DNA of 64,000 nucleotides, taken from Eutreptiella sp. 'Long Island Sound 2002' (Eukaryota > Protista > Euglenida). A program made the translations under genes and the position numbers. The stretch lies in assembly GCA_964036045.1 (NCBI GenBank), contig OZ038378.1, positions 200,756,001 to 200,820,000 of the forward strand, in the 5' to 3' direction. The notes under the pieces are model-generated. The model saw only the letters and a program-made list of their open reading frames with translations. It had not been told where the DNA came from and did no database searches. Of this stretch, positions 56,792-64,000 are shown piece after piece. Numbering within the stretch: position 1 is the first letter of the stretch; every line of letters starts with the position of its first letter.

Positions 56792-59571
56792 CTTCACACG
56801 GCCAAAGGCTGCAAATGTTTGGACCCAACCTCCGCGGGTCTCAGCCTGCTCCAATGGCTAGGACCCCACACCCTCACGTCTACTATGTCCCGCGGACAGA
56901 TGGACCCTGAAGACACCTCCTCTGCCCAACTCTCATACTGCGGGCCGGGGGGGGAGGGGGGCGGGCCCAATAGCAGGGGGTGGCCTGCTCCTGCGGTAAT
57001 CAGCTGTTCAAGCCCTGCTGTGTTCATCGAAAGGGTGTGAGAGCTGGTCGAGGCTGGGCCATTGCTTAAGGACTTGGGATGGGGGGGTGGGGGGCAATTG
57101 GGGCCCCCGGCCGACCCAGTGCTTTGCCACCTTGCAATGGCCTGGCTGAACAGTCATGGGGTGAGATGAGGTGACACTCTCCCGGCTCAGAGGCCCATGA
57201 AGGCCCAGGATCGGCTCTGCCATCAATGAAGTCTGGTGCGGCCGACAGGGCGTAGCTGGTTCCGGGGCCCAGCCCACACCATTGTTGGGGTCACTTGACA
57301 AGGGAGGGTGCCTGCCCCTCACAGCCAGCACCGTCTCCCTCGGGGGGCACCCTCAGGGGGTGGCAAGGTTGGGCCTTGGGCTGACTCGGAAACACTCATG
57401 GGGCTAGGCAGGGGGTCAGCCTGGGACTTCTGAAGTTACGTGCCTGCCTGGTCGGGGCGACGCACCCTACCACCACGCCCAAGGCCAAAGCCCCCCACCA
57501 ACGGCCAGGCCTGTGCTTGGATTGTTTTTTGGCAAAGGTCCCCCCCCCCCCCGTCCCCAAGTCTGGAGCCCCCCCCCCAGCTGTAGCCAAGGCTGCAGGT
57601 GCAGACGGTCAGGCTGAGAGATGAAGGCAAGTCCGTGTTGCCCTGACACTTGGCCCACCACAGCCCTTACCAACCACCGTTGACTGCGCCATTTTGCACA
57701 TGTCTTAAGGTTCATGAGAGAGAACGGGGGGGGGGGGTCCCAAACATTGCAGTTGCTGGTACGCCGTTGGCAGGGCTGTGCTTGGAGGGGGTGTTCAGTA
57801 TAGTCACTGGGGCAGTCAACAGTACCAACAGTACATCAACAAAATGGGACCGAAAACGGGACCATTTCTCTGGATTTCCATGCGCTGCAATTGGCACTCG
57901 GAGTGTGTGTCATGACGGGGGGTTACCAGATCCTTGTCTTCATTGTGCTATGTGTTGTGGCAGTGCTATCATGAGAGTGCAGACCATAGCAGGAGGAGCA
58001 TTATGCTCAGACAACACCCCTGCTTCTACCCATCAACGAGCCCAGCCATGCGAAGGGGAGGATTAATGGGCGACCTGAAAATTGCCCAGGAGGGGGGATT
58101 GGCATGGAGGCCCAGCAAACGAGAATGCCTTGCCCGCACTGCGTCCGCAGTGCAAAGTTTGTCCCAGGGGGGGCGGGGGGTGAAATGGGCTTCTGCGCCG
58201 GCCCCCTCGTTTTTGTGGGAGCAAAGATGTTGGTGCTGCAGGCGTCGGAAGAGAAATTTTGGCCAAAATAGGTTTTCTTCAAAAAGTTTCCCCTCCTACA
58301 TAGGTATTGTCCAAATGATCAACGGGAAGTGGGGATCATTTTGAGCCATGTATGCACCCCCCCCCCCCCCCCGGCACGGCGGACAAGGAGGGTGAGGGGG
58401 GGGGGATGGGCCTCTGTGCCACGCCCACCCCCTGGAGCAATTTCCTTCCTGCCATGGACCCATGTGCGTTTTCATTCGGTCGCAGTTGAGGTGCAGTTTA
58501 CCGTAGAGCGATCTTATGAGCCAACGCCACGATGCCTCACCGCCTTTTCTGCTGCCACCATCTTTTCCGTGTTTAATAGGGGCCTGCCCCACACATCTGC
58601 TTGCTGCACCCCCCGTCCCCCACCATTTCACACCCCCTCCCTAACAACTATCCCTCCCCCCCCACGCCCCTTGTCTAGGCTATGGCCTTGTCCAAGCTAC
58701 AGTAGGCGTAGGGACCGTATTAATTTGGGACCTAATTTGATTCGGTACAAATGTAGTGCGGCCACATAAGACATGGGGTTGGTGACAAAGTTGCCAGCTA
58801 CATAGAGTCATGGACACATTTGTTGTGAGTGTTTGCCCACTTGAACCCACAGAGCTCTGAGTTTGGGGATATTTGAGCATTATATTTCCTTTTCTTGCAC
58901 CACCTCACCATGCAATCTTCTTTGTTGGAACCTGGGCATCTACGGCTTTGTCCAAGCTACAGTAGGCGTAGGGACCGCATTGATTCGGGACTGTTGTGTA
59001 GCTTATACAAAAGGGATGGGGGTTTCGTGCCATCCGGTGTCCACGCGCATGGCCCGCTGCTGCTGCCTGTGTGCGCATGCGGCGAAGTGGTGTGGCTCAG
59101 CAACAGAGCATTGAGGAGGGGATTGTGGTACACAGGGGATGGTGAGAGCTGTGTTCAGGGATTTTTAGGAGTGGGGGAGCCCCCCCCCCCCCCCCCTCCT
59201 CCTCTTCCAATGTTTGGGGCAGTCGGGGTCCCGCCTTCATTGTGGCCCAGTCAAATTTCTCTTGTGCGCCTTTGGCGGAAGAGAATATAGCCCAAAAGAA
59301 ATTTTCGGTGCCTTCAGAGCGGACCACCGGGGGAGGGGGGGTCTGGGCCAACCCCCCACCCCCCCCTTCTCTCTGTTCTACTACATCCCTGGCCGCATCA
59401 GGCTGTCCTGAAATGGCGTATGACACGGGGTACAAGGCCAATTCTACGGTTCAAAATTACGGAAGTTGCGTCAATTTTTCAGTGGCTCCGTCCGTTTTTT
59501 TGCAATTGATTCTGCCACCCTCCAGTTGCGCATCCCAAGGCCTGTCCCGTTCAACATGTCACGTCCCGCAG

Positions 59572-59946
59572 GTGGTCCTGCTGTTCCTCTACCCGACCCT
59601 CAACAAGAACTCAGCACGGATGAACCAATGCACCGAGTATGTGGTCGACGACAACCACATCGACAATATCTACAAGAATGTCACACTTCTGAAGTCGGAT
59701 CTTGGCACGCAGTGCGTCGGCGCCGAGTACCAGCAAATCCAGACCATCAGCATCATCTTCCTTGGCATGTACGGGATCGGCATTCCTGTCATGATCCCAG
59801 TGATCGGATGGCTGCTGCGCACAGTGGGGCAACGAAAGGCGGGCGAAGAAAGGGGAAGAGAGCTGGAGTTTGAGACCTTCGCTTTTCTGTTCGTGGGTTT
59901 CAAGAAGGAATTCCGGTACTGGGAGTCTGTCAATATGTTCCGGAAG
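59572..59946 (+). CDS. Exon 11: TM region, TRP/Pkd2-like C-terminal domain (LYPTL...C...GIGIP...YWESVNMFRK)
   Basis: Acceptor GTCCCGCAG|GTG within ORF 59242, carrying a YWE.....RK motif. Donor AAG|GTCCAA at 59947. Confidence 0.85.
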
Positions 59947-60257
59947 GTCCAACTCTCTGCCGCCCTGTACAACCTTCGAGAGACCTCCCCGACCCTTCAC
60001 AAACGGTTGCACCCCTCGACAACGCTGTCCTGACTGTCTGCAATCCTCCGCAGTCGTGGTGGCCCCCGTAAAAGTCCGCCTGGAAGCCCCAACTCTCAGC
60101 GGACTGCACATGCACGTTCTGTGCCCCTCCGCACTCATCAATTATCGAAGCCGCCAGCTGCCTGTTCAGCTGTGAACCGCCCACCACTTCTGAGCGGTCC
60201 TCCTCAGTGCTCATTATTTCTCCCTGGATGGCCCTGTCCAACACTCAGCATCCTGTA

Positions 60258-60592
60258 CCCCCTCCCCCTTGTCTAAGCTACAGCGGGCGTAGGGGCCGTA
60301 TTAATTCGGACCCAATTTAATTCGGTAGGAAATGTAGTGCAACCGCTTAAGACATGGTTTTGGTGACAAATCTGCCAATTGCATGGAGTCATGGACACAT
60401 TTGTCTTGATTGTTTGCCCACTTGAACCCACAGAGCTCTGAGTTTGGGGATATTTGTGCATTATCTTCCCGTTTCTTGGTCGTGGCGTGTGTGCCAGTAG
60501 TTGTATGTGTTGTGCGCAAGCTACGGCCTTGTCTTAGCTACATTAGGCGTAGGGACCGTATGAATTCCGTAGCTTAGACAAGGGGGGGGGGG
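60258..60592. mobile_element. 335-bp MITE with TA target duplication (older copy about 58650-59025)
   Basis: TA|CCCCCTCCCCCTTGTCTAAGCTAC ... GTAGCTTAGACAAGGGGGGGGGGG|TA. The interior is highly similar to 58680-58985. Confidence 0.85.
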
Positions 60593-61384
60593 TATGGGCC
60601 GTCGTCATCTGCTTGTACATGTGCCGTAGGTGAAGGCCTGGGCAGGTGCAGCTACACTCCAATACCGCAGTGACTTGCGCGATGCCCCACGGCGCCCCAC
60701 TGCACTGCACGGGAGAAGGGGAGGGGGTCACACGTCTTTGAAGTTTATTGCCGTCTGGATCCTTCATGTCTTTGGCCGACACGACCTGCCGCATGGGGCA
60801 ACAGAAACGGTGTGGCCAAAGCAGCGGCTTGTGGAGCTTCACAAAATTGCAAACACCCACCCACAAACACGCGTCCACCAAACCATTTGTTCCACGACAA
60901 ACACACCTGCACCCTCACAGGGTCTGTTGGTGTGTGCATCAGCGCTGTTTGGGTGAATGCTTCTGGGAAGCTGTGGAGTGTTCTGAATGGTTCGGTAGGC
61001 GGAAGTCCAGGGTTGTACATTATAGGGGGTTGAATACAGTTGTTCAGGTTTGCACGGGTTGATACTGGATGGCACGGGGCTGTATGGGGGTGGTCCGGGC
61101 ACACTACAGGGCTATGGCGCAACCGTTCGAATGAATCGTCGTGCTGCCCAGTGTGTGGAGGCATGTGCTCCACACGTGTGCGCTGAACACCCCGTGCAAT
61201 GCCCAGCCCTGTACAATCCCGAACAACCCTGCACAACAATGCCCTACCCTCTCCTCCGCCGTCCCCTTGCAATCCCTTTCCCGCCACCCCGGCCCACAAC
61301 CGCAACTCTCCGGACCTGTGCCCCGGCCTCGTGAACTCTGCCGACCGTCTCGCACCCCTGCGCCCACCTCCGTTCCCACTGCAG

Positions 61385-61751
61385 CTCTTGTTGGTGGTCA
61401 TCATGACCTTTGTGGAGGATTTCCGCCTGAAGGTCTACGCCGCCATGTGGACGCTGACGTTCTTCCTCATGCTGCAGCTCGTGTACCAGCCGTCCGCCAA
61501 CCACATGCTCAACCGCGTGGATGCCCATGCCCTGATCGCCCTGATCATCAACCTCAACGTGTATCTGCTTGTCCTGCCCTCGAGCCCCATCGTGACGGCC
61601 TCTGCGTGGGATACGGCCATCGAGCTTGGGGTGCTCGTGATGCACGCGACGGTGGCGGTGCACCTGATCCTGCTGCTGCTCCTGGGGGTCAAGCAGATTG
61701 GGAAGAGCGTGCTGGGACTCTACCTGAAGCGGCAGCTGGCCTTGACTGCGG
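61385..61751 (+). CDS. Exon 12: last TM helices (LLLVVIMTF...QLVYQPS...NRVD...LIINLNVYLL)
   Basis: Acceptor CCCACTGCAG|CTC continues FRK|LLLV. The QP...N..D motif is typical of TRP-like C-terminal domains. The 3' boundary (donor G|GTACC at 61752) is uncertain. Confidence 0.75.
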
Positions 61752-62505
61752 GTACCACAACTGCCGGGGCGAGCCAGGGATTTTGCCTCGTGTTTGGCCT
61801 ATGGGACACGGGGCAGGGAGGGGGGGGGGTCAGAGGGCCACAAAAGGTTTGCAGCCCCCCCATCCCCCCCCCCCTTATGGCTCCCAGGATGTAATGGGCA
61901 TACCGGGGTTTCCAGTGAAGGAGGGGGGGGGTCAATAGAGCGCCCCAAATCTGGCGGGGGGGGGGGAAGGGCTCAATTGACAGGCACCATAAATCAGTTA
62001 TCATGAACACTGGCCTGAAGGCGCCGAAAATTTTTTTGGACCATTAAAAATGGTCAAAATTTGTTTCGCCAAATACATGGCAAATGCTGACTTTTCTGAA
62101 CCCCCTCGACGCGCTGAGTCCAAAAATCCCATTTTCATTTTTTTCTGATTTTTCCGTTTGGGTCACCTCCGAGGCCCAGGGTTCAATCTCGTTAGGATTT
62201 GGGGGGTCCCGTCAATTGAGCCTTTTTTTTGTGGGGGGGTCTAACCAGGGGGCTCTATCGACCCCCCCTCCTCACTTGAAACCCCGGTTGCCCATGGACG
62301 GCGGTTGGCGATAAACCGGGCGCCAATTAAGTGCCCCTGGTCAGGTCCATGAATTGACATCGTGTTCGGCCATGGGGCCGACGAGATTCGTTACTGACTG
62401 CTGCAGTGCTCTGTTCATCACGCCTGTTCGTCTCGCTTCAATTATGTGTGTGTGTGTGTGTGTGTGAGTGGGGAGGGGAGGGACCTGCCTGAAGGTGTAA
62501 GCTAG

Positions 62506-62633
62506 CTTCACTGGGCTACTGGCTGCGGCATTGTCCTGCTGGCCCCTGCCTGGGCGATGCTGGCGGTGGTGAACGACGCGGGCTCGTGCTGACCCACATC
62601 TCCACGTACCCTGTACTACAGAAAGGCGCCTAG
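62506..62633 (+). CDS. Possible terminal exon of the giant gene (SLGYWLRHCPAG...QKGA*)
   Basis: TAG|CT acceptor is phase-compatible with the 61752 donor and the frame ends in TAG at 62631-62633. The polypyrimidine tract is weak and there is no domain support. Confidence 0.2.
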
Positions 62634-64000
62634 CACAGTCAAACAATGCCACTGCTTTTGTTCTGACTGCGCCTGACGAGATTCAGTGCAAGCCTCCTTG
62701 ATTGCTGCCCGTGTCTTGGCTGTTGCCCGTTTGTTGCGTATATCGTGTGTGTGAGTGTGACCTGGAGTGGGGTACCCTCGGCCTGGTGTGTGTGTGTGTG
62801 TGTGTGTGTCTGTGTGTGAGGGCTTCACCGCGCTTGCCTCTGGCAGGGTCAACGGTGGTCGTGGGCCACGAGTCCAATGCGGGGCAGTCTCAGGCTCATT
62901 TCTTGGTCCGTTCCCGGCCCAGGGCCGTGGTACCGCATCAGTGCAGTCCGATGTGGTGCTGGACTCCCATCCCACCCCATCCCATCCCCCTTCTATTGGA
63001 AATGTCATTGGTCCACAGCGGAAATGGTTTTCAGTGTCAGGGCAAGGGTAAGTACTGGACACCACCCACACGAAGCGTGAACCAGCCCTCTGAGAACGGG
63101 CACGAGCAGACACGAAGGCGGAACAAGCCCCGGGGGAACGGGAAGAACCGGGCGCGACACAAGCGCAGAGGCAAAGGGACGCTGGAGCCCGAGACCCTCG
63201 ACGTCAACGCCCATCAGGAAATGGTGACCCGATGTGTAGAACGAAGGGACAAACGGGTGACTGTCCAGAGACCCGTAAAGAGACCGCAAGCGGACGAAAT
63301 GTCACACAGGGGGTCTGTAGTACTTCAAGACACCGTCGCAGTTCACTGCTGCAGAGCCGACAGGCGCCTGTGAGACCACTGAAGAGGCTTTCCTTGTGTT
63401 TACGCTGGTGCGTCTCTCATTTGGGCTTGCACCACACACACAGGGCATTCATGATGGCCCATCACGTCACCCGTCAATTCCAAAATACACGCGGGTCAAG
63501 CCTCCCCTCCACCTCCCCTTTTCTTTCGAAAAGCCTCAAAAGGTGGTTTCTGTGCAAAAAAAAAATTTCCAAATTAAAAACAAACAGGACAAAAAAACAC
63601 ATGAAAAATCTCCCTTTTCATCAACCAGCCCGCCAACCTGCCAAACACCTTGTTGACGGGCATTTGTGAAGGCCCTGCACACACGTCTCTGTACCGGGGG
63701 GGGGGGGGGCAGCATGGGTGGATGTCCTTCCAAGCACCCCTCGCCCCCATCCCCCTTCCGTTGCCCAGCAAATCTCTGGATGGGGCGTGCCTGACCCGTA
63801 CCCATGTGCACAGCACATATTGGCGTGCAGTTCCCTCGTCCTGGCACCCCCAGAACTGCACTGCGATGGTTTGGAGGGCCCGGTCGTTCAGGCCCTGAGA
63901 GGGTGTGTGGGTGTGGGTGGGAAAGCGCCACTGCCCCCGGAGGTCAGCGGCAGTGGTGATGCCATTTGACTGCCGAATCGCCACGCTTCTGTGGCCCCCC

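Noticed and set aside
56002-56910. Cys/Val- or His/Thr-rich ORFs
   Set aside because: Translations of the (CA)n/(TG)n microsatellite.
685-61384. Euglenid-type non-canonical introns
   Set aside because: All 11 inferred introns are explained by GT-AG ends with matching phase.

Overview
Repeat-rich eukaryotic (protist-type, possibly euglenozoan; inference only) genomic DNA. One giant + strand gene spans almost the whole window. I reconstruct 12 exons joined by phase-compatible GT-AG introns (about 3,420 codons visible, 5' end outside the window). They encode a mucin-like stalk, REJ-like and GAIN/GPS (HL|TSF) modules, TIG/IPT domains, many EGF/laminin-EGF repeats, a propeller-like region, Ig-like domains, a Cys-rich linker and a roughly 9-TM TRP/Pkd2-like membrane domain. 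The two largest introns (17 kb and 15 kb) are filled by co-oriented, head-to-tail arrays of an APE-RT non-LTR retrotransposon family and its short derivatives. These are joined through (CA)n tracts and share a 16-nt 3' core, CCCTCGTTAATAGTAC. The family shows a conserved ORF1-stop/-1-frame ORF2 overlap with a 2A-like GDIxPNLGP motif, a tandem C-terminal Cys/His motif, and internal inversions in two copies. Other introns carry MITEs, a Penelope-like RT fragment, tRNA-like SINE heads, a 30-bp-period palindrome array inside a (CACCT)n tract, and a tandem 1.15-kb element embedded in degenerate CCCTAA repeats. No database searches were possible; family assignments rest on motifs read by eye and coordinates were counted by hand.
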